64,000 bases of DNA from Oikopleura dioica (lineage: Eukaryota; Animalia; Chordata), in NCBI GenBank assembly GCA_907165135.1, contig OU015569.1:7254001-7318000 (forward strand), written 5' to 3'. Shown one piece after another: positions 37,080-48,801 of this stretch. The position numbers and the translations under genes were made by a program. The notes below the pieces were generated by a model. It had not been told where the DNA came from and ran no database searches. It saw only the letters and a list, made by a program, of their open reading frames with translations. Each line of letters starts with the position of its first letter. The stretch's first letter is position 1.

Positions 37080-39684
37080 TTATGGCATTGCTCTTAGCGA
37101 AAGCTTGTTATTCTTGTAAAGTAGGGTCAGCTTTTGGAAGTAATTGCTTTTATCAGGCATTCCTTGGTTGTGCGAACTCACCGATCCCCCATTTGGAAGC
37201 ACCATCCCAGAGATCTTAGAGATGCCTGCTTTAACACGTAGGATCCCCGTGTAGAGCATATCCTCGATGCGGAACTCTCTGTAATCCGTTTCCTTTGCAG
37301 CTTCATATATCTTTTTTGCTGCTGATGCTGTGAGAGCGGTAGCTTGCCCGTTACTATAGGTGGGAATAAAGTACATTGGAGGATAGAGGTCAATCCAGGT
37401 ATAGTATTTTCCGAAGTACATAGCTGGCGCTTCAGGGATGCATTTTCCTTTAAATATTTGTCGCGTTATTATAATTCAAATCAAAGCCCACCTTTTAAAC
37501 ACTTTATTTCAGGTACGGACGGATCCAACTTTTTTAATTGACCCTTCAGCTCGTTGAGCTTTATATAAATATCGTCGTCGTGGAAGATGGCATATTTTTT
37601 CTTCTTACAGTGATCATTGAAAAACTGATAACCAGCAAATGTTTTCATTGGCAAGTTTTCATAATTGTCTTCATAATCATATAACACTATGTCGTTGTGT
37701 TTTTCGCTCTCAGCTTTGATTTTGTCAGTAAGCCATTTTTCCTCTAGTTATAGCTCACCTGATATTGTCATAAATCGAAATGTTAGGTATTCAAAGTTTA
37801 AGTATCCGTTTAATACTAATGTTTAACGACTTATTGTCGAAATATTTCGCGCAAAACATTAACGAGCCTTTCCTTTTGACGATGGACTTCCAAGAAGAAA
37901 GAACAGATGGAAGGAATCCTGGTATTGCTTCTTTAAAATTTCCTTGTAATATTTGCGGATCTCATCTCGCCGAAAAGAGCCCTTGCGGCTCGATTTAATG
38001 AAACTCACGAAACCATCTCCGCTGCAAGACGGAGGTTTTATAAATTTGACATGTTTTTGTTGCGAGACAATTTGCGTTTCACGGAGATATTTTGGTAGAT
38101 TTCGTTTCGTTGGATGCGCAGTAAAAACTGAATTAGTTATGACATCTATTTGAACAAAAGAAAAGCGTTTACCTTGATAGGCTTTCGATATTTTCAGCCA
38201 AGATAAGTTCATCTTTTTGTTGAAGCGAATTTCGAATGAGCGTGAATCTGATCGCAAGAAACCACTTAATGAGTTAGGCCCAACGATCGAAGATGGCTGT
38301 GCATATCGTTGAGATATTTTCCCCATTGGATTAGGATGGTTTGCTCCTCGCATGTAAATCATTTTTCCAGTTTCAGGAGTGAACATCATTGCGTCAGCGA
38401 CGCAAGATTTGCCAGTTACTCCAACACCACACAAAAGCGTTCCTTTGTTCGGTAACGAAAAATCTTACAGGTCCTGATCTCAATAGTGACTGGTAACTTG
38501 GAATCAGGAGCTGTATCTTGAGTCTTAGTTCCTAAATTTTCTACCGCTTTCCTGGAGAGCTAGTGGAAACAGTTTCTATACCATCTTGAATCGTTGTTAT
38601 GTCAAAGATGTTGAGCCCGTTTGCGATCCAGACAATAGCACTGTACTCCGACCACTTTCCCTTGTAGGCATTTTGAAGAGGCGCTAATGGCATGTGAGAA
38701 GTAAAACGAAAATCGCCGAAAACTTTCTCGTTTGGGTCAAGAAAGTTGCCATAGAACTGAACGTCGACTTTTAATGATGGATAAAGCTTCATTGCAAGAC
38801 GCGCCATTTGACGGTGCATCATGCGGATATCCGATGACACCTCGTGAAGCGTCGCATGATTTGAGCTCGGTGTGTTCACCACCACTAACACACTTTCAAG
38901 CGGCTATTCACATAATTTTGTTTTTATAGGGAATAAACAAAGCAAGTGTGAATAATAAATATGACTGATGAAATCAGTCTGATTCCATCGAAACCCAAAT
39001 TAAGGGCGGATAAAGCCGAGTGCCTGTGTTTTATCGGAATTTCCTGGAGTGGAACTTCCGCGTCTTCTATCGAGTCGAAGATAGATTGAAGAGCAATGAG
39101 ACTCCCGTCTTCTTTGCCATTTTCCCAGAAGTCTTCCTTCTCGGAACTGTCGTTTGAAGAGCTATCCAAGTCTTCGTTCTCATCTTTTGAATCCTCTATG
39201 CTTTCTGAGTCTTCTTTTGCTAAGGTTAAAGACAAGCTGGGATTACGAGTTGAGAAGACGAACTCTGTACGTATTTTGTTTTTGAAACGAAAGCAATTTA
39301 AAGATCGTGACACTCTTTTCACAAAAATATCTGCCATATTGTTTATAGATTAGCAAAGACTTCTTTAACCACACTGAAAGCTCACTTGATGAAGAGTCAT
39401 CATCATTGTCTGTCATCTGAGAATATTCATCTCCATTTCTTTCTATAAATTCGCTTCTTGGAATTTTTCTTTCAAATAATTCTCCGTGCAAATTATTCGA
39501 CAATTGTATATTTTGGCAGGTTACCGAGTCGTATCTTGAATACTGGAGAATATTCAGCAAAATTAGACATATACAGAGCAGTGTCAATCTAAATATTCAA
39601 GGCTTGCTTTGACAAAATGCTCAAAATTACTTACTTGTCCCCCTTAACAAGCATTTTTAAAAGAGATGTCCCTTTCCGGGACAT
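37080..39684 (-). CDS. Type II membrane GT31 (beta-1,3-galactosyl/GlcNAc-transferase) with an extra luminal domain
   Basis: TM segment LTLLCICLILLNIL; SFIKSS...RRDEIR; DYEDNYENLPMKTF; AIFHDDDIYI; IEDMLYTGILR. Confidence 0.85.
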
Positions 39685-41262
39685 TTTTTTGAAGAATCGT
39701 TCCAAGTCTAAAGAGTTTGCGTATTCTCCCGTAGTGTATTTCTCTACTTCTCTGGGAACTTCAGATCACCGATGAATGGTGTGTTTTCTTTTTCCTCTCA
39801 TAAAAATTGATGCCGCCCCAGCCGATAATTACTTTCTTTGTCTTCCCTTTACGATCGGGTAGAGTTATTCGCTTTCGAAAAACTACAGCTGATCGCTGAG
39901 CGACCCTTGGACTCAACATTTTAACGACGAGTAGTTTATTAATTAATATTCGTGAGTCTATCCTTTTACAAGATTGTCTTCTTTGTTCGGTAGGAAAACG
40001 TCTTTCTTCAGATCTATAGGAATAACACAGGAAAAGTCGCAGAGTCATAAAGTCTTTTCAAGAATTAAGCTTCGTGTTGTCTATATTTTGTGTCGTAAAT
40101 ATAAGGGAGCAGTGAGGTTGCTCCAGATTCGTAACCGAAAACTAGATTAACTGAAAAAATTTGCGTCACAGCTTGGAGGCGCCATTTAAATTCATCCCCG
40201 GGCAAAGAACGATGAGAAAGCGCGTGGGCACCCATGCCGAGCGATGAATAAATGATATAATCGTAGCATGTCTTATTAGAAGTCCATCTCTTTCATTTGC
40301 CCCACTGCAGCTGTCGGCCCCTGGGCCATACTTGATTAAGGACCTAACTCATGCTCGCATTTATCAATGTTCACTTTTGACGCGCGCGCCACGTAATTTA
40401 CAAGAACGCATGCGGATAAGAAACTCAAGTCGTAAGCTATTTTCTTAGATTCCTCTTTTAGATTCGGCCTCTTAGTTTCAGGAAGTACTAGACACTACAT
40501 TCACATGGATATTTTTGTGGGGTTGAAATGACGACTACTGCGTGGGTTCTTATTTTTGGCACAAGACTTGCATCTTACGTTTTTGTCCAAATATTGTGGT
40601 CCAAGTTTGATCCAACTGCTTTTAAAACCACAAATATACAAACACGCTAACGTAGCTCATTTCAAAGGCTAGCTAACTAAATACTGATCAAAATTTATGT
40701 TTTTGCCAAATTTTTATTCACTGAAACTTTCGACGATTGTCAATCATGAGGTTCGGTGTTACTGTAATGCCCCTGAATCATTTTATTGACTTTTTAGTAA
40801 CTTCAATTTCGCAAGATACATTTTATGAAACACGTTGTGGTCATGAGAGGGATTATTAGATTTTTTCACTTCTGTGAAATGCGATGACGCTCAACGCACG
40901 TGGTGTTGGTGCTGTGGCGATGGTGGAGTCTCTCGAGACGCGTGGGCACGGAATGCTGCCCATTTTCGATCGCCAAAATAACAATCGAATCATATAAGCG
41001 CATAATTGTTTAATATACACACATGCAAGCTGTCATTATTGTCAAGACAAATATTTTAAAACACTCACTAAAAAGTCCATTCTGAACAAAACTGAATGAA
41101 ATATTGAGTCTGGTTTTCAATTACGATATCAAAAAAATGTGATGGTAATAAATTAACGACTGATATAGATTGATGAATTTCTACAATGTCAATTGGTCTG
41201 AAGTTCGAAAATGACATTCGCAACGGCTCAATTCACGTTGCGAGTATTACGGTCAAATCAGC

Positions 41263-42847
41263 ATGAAATCGGAAATTTAAACGCGAAACCTACTCGTGTT
41301 AAAAGTTTATCCCGATAAAATTTGATTCTATAATGAAGCAGAACCCCTGTGAAAATAGTCAAAGCTCGTTTTACGGTATAAATCACTAATGACCTTCTGG
41401 ATGGCGACGTTACTCATGCATGCGCTGGAATTGAAAAATTCATGCCACCAATTACGAATTTTAAGCGGTTTTGGTTTTTCACCCAGGATGAGAATTTCCA
41501 TTTCACTTAGAGGCGCAGAGCGAGAAGAAGCAACTACAATGTTTTTTATTTTGATTCTGAGCTTGCTGACGAGAATGTCGCAGGCAATGGATCTGACGCA
41601 GATTCTGACCATGTCGGCCATGTCAGGAGGCGAGGAAGTTGACCCACTCCAGATCATGCTTATGACACAACTTTTGGAGGTAGTTGCCAAAGAGATTCGC
41701 CTTAGCAATTCACCAAGGCCACGTCAAGTCAAGTGCCTCCGCCATTCTTGAGAGATCCAATTATGCGATAATTACTAACCGAAATTTTCTTGTTACGTCC
41801 AATCATGATTAAACTAATCGGACATTTAGGACGATGAGGAATCACCTGATGGCGAGTCTAACTCTGGAATGGACATGATGACCATGATGATGATGATGCA
41901 AGGTGGACTTTTTGGAAACCCTTCTGACGAATCAAATGAAAAACCATCTTCTCAGATGTCTGCAATGTTGCCTATGCTTATGATGATGGGTGTAAGTATT
42001 TTTTCCCAACGTGGACTTTGAGGAAATCTTTTACCAATTTGTTCTTACGCCATGTTGTGATTAGATTGATAGAGGTAATTGCCAGACCTCTAAAAATAAT
42101 TAAGGGTAATGGAGGCGACGATCCACTGATGAGACTCTTGCCTATTATGATGCTCATGAACGGTGGAGGTGAATCAGAAGCTGACTCCAATGCTATGGCC
42201 AACTTTCTACCTCTCATGCTGATGATGTCTGAGGAAAAGACTGATGAAGATGGAAACGTTGTAAGTAGAACCTCTTCACACAAGTTCCTCAGCCGTTCTT
42301 TAAAAAACGGGCAAGAGTGTTTCGAGAATACCACTCGTCTTGGATTACTGCTAAGTCTACATTCTAGGTCGACGGTCTCGATCCACTCATGATGTTGCCT
42401 CTGATTATGATGTCAAAAGGTGGCATGGCTGCGGAAGGCGCCTCGAGTTTGCTCCCCTTGCTTCTGCTTGGCGGTGGCGAAGATGGTAAGAACTCGTGTT
42501 CGAGAAACAGCTAACTTTTTTGAGCAGGAGATGACGACATCTCGAAAATCTTGCCACTGATGATGATGATGTCTGGCACAACTACCACGCAGCCTGGCGC
42601 CAATCCCATGCTCCCAATGATGATGTCTATGATGAATGGAGGAGACGAAATGATGCCGATGCTCATGAACATGCCGCAACCACCTATTCGAGATCCACGA
42701 ACAGGATATATTAGCCCACCAAGAGTAAGCTTCTCGGAATAACTTGTGGTTACATGAAATGATATTTAGACCGATAACAACCAAATGATGATGATGTCAG
42801 CGTTGATGGAGCAGGGCAAGAACCAAAATATATTTGATCGAAAATAG
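41263..42847 (+). CDS. Met/Gly/Asp-rich multi-exon, probably secreted, repeat protein (LLPLMMMM motifs)
   Basis: Canonical GT-AG exons encode DMMTMMMMMQGG, AMLPMLMMM, RLLPIMMLMNGG, KILPLMMMMSG, PMLPMMMSMMNGG. 5' end uncertain. Confidence 0.75.
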
Positions 42848-44035
42848 AGACGCTCAAAGCCGTGAGCAGTGAGTTTTTTTTTGTTTTACTACATTCTCAG
42901 AATAAAATTTCGACGCATTTATCTCAGCCAATCTACACTTGTTCCAATGTTTTGACGAGTTTCAAACAATTTAAAGCTTTGCATATTGTTCCATGATCAA
43001 ACTTATATTAACGTGGTGTCACGTGAGAAAGATGCTTTCCTAGTTTCCCACAAATTGTGGTGGTGGTGGGAAATCGTTAGTCCGTTCTGCTTGACAGCCC
43101 ACCATCATCTTTAAAAATTGTGGTGTATTTCGGTGGTGTAGTCACGAAAGATTTCTTCAAAGCGTTGCTACGTTGATCCGTCTAATTTTTTTACAAAAAT
43201 TTTTGACAGGTCGGAATATTCATTTTCGTGTCTCCAGGTCAAGTTGTCGCGGCAAGGCGAGAGTGAGAAAGGAATTCGGTACTATTTCAAGTTGATATGA
43301 TTGTACAGATAATATGGACCATATCTTTCCGTTTTACTTCCTCCGAAAGAAAAACCGTTTATGCTTCACTGTACCGCTTAATGATAATAGTGACAGGCAA
43401 TAATAACATAATATATATCAGGTTTTTTAACATAAAATTTCTAACATTTTCATATGTTAATAGTATTCACGAAATCAACGAGATTTCTATTTGTTTCAAG
43501 TGTTTTTTTATTCCGTATTTACGCGAAATCCTCCATGACGATCCTCGATGAGGAAGGCATTTTTCAAAAGACGTTGAGAAATAAACGCCAAAGCGTAGAA
43601 ACTTAAATAAGCCGGGTGTTCGAAAGTAGTAATCTGCCGTAACTAAATAAACGTTTCGTTATTAGGGACGAGGACCATGAATCACCATACGCAAGAGTTA
43701 CCGAATTAGAAGAACGAGTGCTGCTTTTGGGTCGATGGCTCACGTCATCATCGTGTTGAACCTCTTGATGGAGCCCTTGAGACGAAATGAGCTAGTGGTA
43801 GTGGTGGTGGTGGAGCGATTCTGCCTGGGGCGCCTTGTCAAACCGGTCTAGTGCTCCACCATACGATAAAAGCAAAAGCCTTCACCGTTTTATTTTAGTT
43901 AGATCTGAGGTGAAACAAGCGCCAAGGTGAGCATTTTTTACGTTTTTATAGAGAACGGCCAAGAGACCACAGAGAATAATAAAATTAGAGAACGTCAACC
44001 ATTAACATTATCATTTAGTCCTACAAACACACATA

Positions 44036-44755
44036 ATGAAACTCTCCGCAATCCTTTCGTGCGTTGCCGCTCAATTCAACCCCATGCCAGTCGCCCCACA
44101 GGCCCCAGCTGCTGGTGGTCTTCTCGGTGGTGCTGCCGGTGGTATGCAGGGTATCCTCCCTCTCCTCCTCCTCGGTGACGGCCTTGACGGCTCTGATGAC
44201 CTTCTCCCACTCCTCCTCCTCGGCGGTGGTCTCGGAGGTGCCGGTGGAGCCGCTGGTGACATGAGCTCTATCCTTCCTCTTCTTCTTCTCGGTGATGATG
44301 AAATCACTTCTGCTAAGATGGACGAAATCTGTACTAATGCAGAGACCACTAAAAAACAGACTGACTGTGCTGCCGCTAAAACAGCTGCTGACAATGCATA
44401 CACCACTTGCGCTGGCGCGACCGGCGCCACTGCCGATGATATCAAGGCATGCGAAAAAACTCGACAAACTGCTTACAAGGCCGCCAAGAGTGACTTCGGC
44501 AAGAAGAACAAGCTCACCGATCTTCTTCTCCTTACCAGCCTCGCTGGACCCGGTGGAATGGGCGCTGGTGGCATGAACTCTCTTCTCCCACTCCTCCTTC
44601 TCGGTGATGGCCTTGGATCCTCTAGCTCCAGCTCCGATGACCTTCTTCCACTTCTCCTCCTCAGCGGTGGTCTTGGAGGCGGTGCCGTCGACCCAATCAC
44701 TGGACAACAAGCTGGTGGTTTGGACCCCTTGATGATGATGCTCCTTTTAGATTAA
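44036..44755 (+). CDS. Secreted Leu/Gly repeat protein (LLPLLLLG motifs) with a central 4-Cys domain
   Basis: Single coding exon; signal peptide MKLSAILSCVAAQ; strong C/T-ending codon bias; 5' UTR intron (gtgagc at ~43927 to tttag at ~44018). Confidence 0.9.
   Translation: MKLSAILSCVAAQFNPMPVAPQAPAAGGLLGGAAGGMQGILPLLLLGDGLDGSDDLLPLLLLGGGLGGAGGAAGDMSSILPLLLLGDDEITSAKMDEICTNAETTKKQTDCAAAKTAADNAYTTCAGATGATADDIKACEKTRQTAYKAAKSDFGKKNKLTDLLLLTSLAGPGGMGAGGMNSLLPLLLLGDGLGSSSSSSDDLLPLLLLSGGLGGGAVDPITGQQAGGLDPLMMMLLLD
44140..44690 (+). repeat. Internal duplication: module LPLLLLGDGL..SDDLLPLLLL(G/S)GGLGG at ~44140-44240 and ~44575-44690
   Basis: The two copies are near-identical in DNA and protein. 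Confidence 0.85.
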
Positions 44756-46076
44756 ACCCTAACCCAATAACCTTTGAGTGATACTTCTAGTGAGGCTGGC
44801 CCGTACGCAGGAGTGCGAATTGCTCATACGTGCGGGGCAGTGTCGGTAGGCCCTTTCACCTGTAATTTCCCCTGGCATTGCGCCATCGAATCGACAGACG
44901 CATGTCTTTAACCCATTCTCGCCATTACTATAATTTGTGTTAATTTCTTTTATGACTCGTATTTTTCGCTATGCGCATTTTTATCCTGCTCTAACATATC
45001 CTTCGTGTTGAAGTTTCATATGTGTTTCGCCGCGGTACGTCACGTGGTCGACAAAAGTATGCTCGCCTGTCACATTAAGCACGGACAAAATGGCACTGGC
45101 GGTTGCAAGGACACACTCTACTGCACCTGCACTTGAGCCCTTTCACAAGTTGAGTCGCTGATAAGCAGCGGCCCAGCTTTTTTCTCAAAATCACTAATCT
45201 CGACGCTCGCGGCATATTAGAGCGCGGACTAGTGAATCTATAATAGCCCAGTGTAGTGCAGTAGCTCAGGCGTCCTTCCAAAATGCGCCGCCGCGCCATT
45301 TAGCTCAAAGTGGCACCGAACGTACCAAGATTATTCGTGGCCACGTGACGCCGCCAATGTCGCCACGGGAAGCACCCGTTGTTTCACCTCACCACGTCTT
45401 TTCTCGTTTCCAAATAGTCGCAAAATCAAAAAAACGAAAAAAAGCAAAAATTACTTAATCAGGATTTCTACTAAGCACTGCGAAAGTTCATCAACCAACC
45501 CTCATTGTTTCAAACATCCACTTACATGACCATTTTCACAACTACTGACAAAACATCATCACAGAAAATTTCACATTTCACATTTCTCGTGCATGTGCAT
45601 CCGGATCCACGCTCGGCTTTGTCCGTTTTCGCTGGACGTGGCTCTGAATTGAGATACCCTGTTAAATACAAAAAAAACGTAACATCAAATTCGTCTTTTC
45701 CTCAAGCAGGCGCTCTTTGCAATTTACCTAGAAAGGAAAAATTCCTCCCTATTACGAAAGTATAGAAACAATCTTCTCTCCAGAAACAATCTTGCGTAGA
45801 TTTAGAGGAGTAGTGTGACTCCGCAGTTAAATAAACGTTCATTCTGCGAATTTCGTGAGAACATGTTCATACGCACCCTATCTGAGCCTGAAGGCATGAT
45901 TCCAACTAAAAAAAAGCATTGAAGACAACAAGGAGTATCAAAATGGATTGGTTTATAAGTCAGTGAGGTCAGAAAATGAGTCAGTCACATCATCAGTTAG
46001 TAACAGTGCGTCAGTAAAGACAGTAACATAGGACTTGTAATTACAATGGTCGGTTTCGAGGCTCAAGAAGCGTACA

Positions 46077-48687
46077 GTGAGCATGATTGCAGCAAAAGAT
46101 GTTCTTTTTGTTTCATTATCTTACTTTGGCTTTGGATTCAAATCAGATATTCATCCGGGTTGTGATGTTGTATTGCGGCCCCGGCTTGCGCATATCGAAA
46201 ACTACAGTAAGATGTTGGATAATGTGGGCTGTCTGGATTTTGCGAGGAGTGGCACCTACCAGATGAGCTTGTAGGCTGACCGGGCTCGTCCGATTGTCCC
46301 CATGAAACCGATTTCTTGTTATCGCCGAATTGATTGCAGTACTCAGAAAACATAAATTGCGGGTTGTTAAATTGAGCGATTCGATTTTCCTGGAAGTTTG
46401 TAAAATTTCCTTTTTCAGGTTGAAATTCAGTAGTCGTTATCAGAAATCAGATAACGATATAATTGATGAACTATTAATTATGAGATAAACCTTTTCCTTT
46501 ATCAACTTGGAACATATGACGTGAGTCCATGGACGAAACCCTCATGGGCGGCTCAGGTACCGTTGATCCACTGTTAGATGGCGCTCCTTTCTTCGACTTC
46601 CCGTTTTTAGGTGATTTCTTTGGAGACTCATTTCCAGAGTTATGAGCAGCACCATTGAAATCTGAACCCATATCAATGTCGCGCGAAGAAGATATCATTT
46701 CTGCTGTATTCAGCTTGTCCATTGACTTTGATTTTTTCATGTTAGCAAACATTCGCTGAAAGCCGTTTTTCTGCTTTTTGCTACTCGAGCCGCTCGTAGT
46801 TGGCTCGATTTCTTAAAAGAGGTTTGATTTTACCTATCTTCGAAAATTTATGCAATAATGGCAAACCTTGAATAGAATGTGGCTCATACTTCCCATGAGG
46901 CTGTGTGCGTAGCTGTTGCATATTTTGCTGATTCTGGGTGGAAGAAGATAACTGTTGACCATGATTGAGTCCGTTGTTGTTGTTGTACTCAACATCCCAG
47001 ACACTCGCCATTTGAAGGTTTTTCGTCAGATCCATCGCTGATTTTGAACGGCTGAAAGTGTCGTATATTTCTTCGTCGCTTGAAATTTTTTTTGAGAAAA
47101 AGAAAATTCATACTTTCTACCTAGCATGTTTTCGCTCATCTCCATATCTGTTGAATCTTCGCGTATGAAAATTGAGCTCGCGCGTGGAACTCATTTCTTG
47201 CGAGATTAAAAGTTGCGACATTTCACGGATCATAGTTTCTTTCTTCTCCACGATTCGCTGTCGCTGCTCAATCTGAAAGGGACTGTTAGTCTTTGATGGG
47301 ACCTATGTCGCAGATGATAATGATTTTCTGAAACCTGTTTCAGCTTTTCGGAAACATCGATTTCGCGCTGCTTGAGCTGTTCATCCTTCTCCGTGGCCCC
47401 CGACTCCTGCGTCTTCAATTTCTAGAGGGAGTGATTATAATGATAATAATCGGCGGCAAATCGGCGCGGTCTCTAACGCCGCCAAAATTTGAACCACGAA
47501 CTCACCGTTTCGCGCTCTTTAAGAATATCGCTTTTGCTTTTTATCTCTTCGTCGAGGGCATTTAGCTCGCTCTCCAACTCTCGAATTTTTTCTTCCTTCT
47601 CTCTAATGCGATTTTTCCGATTTTTGAGTCTTGCGTGATTTTCCTCCACCTTCGACTTTCGCGCAGCTAACTTTGCTGCAAATTCCATCAATTTTGCTTC
47701 GGTAACAGTCAATCGGGCCTCCGCAATTTTTTGCTTCAAAAATCAAGATCAAATACTCGTATGCTGCTCTTACTCTTTTCTCTCGGCTTCTGAGCCTGTT
47801 CAGTTGCTCTGTCATGAAGACCAACTCACTGTCAGCAACACCACAGTTAAGTTGTGGAAGTTGATCCTCATCCTCCCCAGAAGAGCTCGACATAGAAGGC
47901 TTCATTCCCATAACAGCTGCACTCGAATCAGTTGTTCTTGACTTAGGTTTTTGAAATTTCATCATTATTCTCTTGATGCAAAAAATCTAAGACCGGGCCT
48001 TTTTGGCTTTGTTCGAGATTTGGCATGGTGATTCTTGGAGTGAAGACCGAGATCAGGATGCATGTCATGTTCGCTAATTAAGGGTTGTTATATTTCATTA
48101 GCGTAGTTGCAAAACTGCTTTTTAAAAATGAGCTGATTTCGATGATCCCCCGCTTTATAGTAATTTAAGGAGGTTCTATCAATTATAGTAATTTATAAAT
48201 GATCATTATTGTCGTTCTGATTTACCAGGCAGAATGAACACCAGATGACATTGAGCCGTCTTTTGACTGATTTCTGCTCATTGTTGCTTTCTTTTTGGAA
48301 AGAAACAAAGGCTTCTTGTTCTTCTTCGCTTTCGCGATGTCCTAAAAATGCAAGTCAACTTTGCCATCTTCTACATTGTCTTTGTCTATAGCGGCACATA
48401 AAATCAAGAGCTGCGAACACTTAGTACTTGAGCTGCCTAATCTTTTGAGAGGCCGATTAGTGCGCTGTTACCTCTCCCTGTGTATCGTCAGTTGTGTCCG
48501 AGTTAGAGATCAAAAGTTTTTACTTTCATTTCGTTATGGATCGCCTCTAAGAGCGTCCCTTGGGCTCCGTCCATTACAGTACCTAGTTCACCCTTTTAAT
48601 TCACGTCACTAAAAATCCTTTTCTATCTCTGATTTCGACGTCTCTGTACTCCAGGAAAAGCGCCGATCGATTCTGAAAACCGGACAT
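46077..48687 (-). CDS. Multi-exon coiled-coil protein, unknown
   Basis: Heptad-like exons (KQKIAEARL...IRELESELNALDEEIK; TEQLNRLRSREKRV) plus Ser/Lys-rich exons. Ends uncertain. Confidence 0.55.
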
Positions 48688-48801
48688 TGCTTTCCCACTT
48701 GGGGAAGAAGGAAGAGGGCGCGGCTGAGCCTGACCGCCACGAGCTGTCACGATGAAGGAATCAGAATTCTCAATTACTGTTTTTTAATATTTATTAAAAT
48801 G

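Noticed and set aside
44021-44710. Long minus-strand ORFs (229, 124 and 75 aa) and similar overlaps across the RP genes
   Set aside because: These are antisense or alternate-frame artefacts of GC-rich, codon-biased repeats; they have no independent features.
45075-45299. 74-aa minus-strand ORF
   Set aside because: It lies in a motif-rich, regulatory-looking region, with no splice or homology support.
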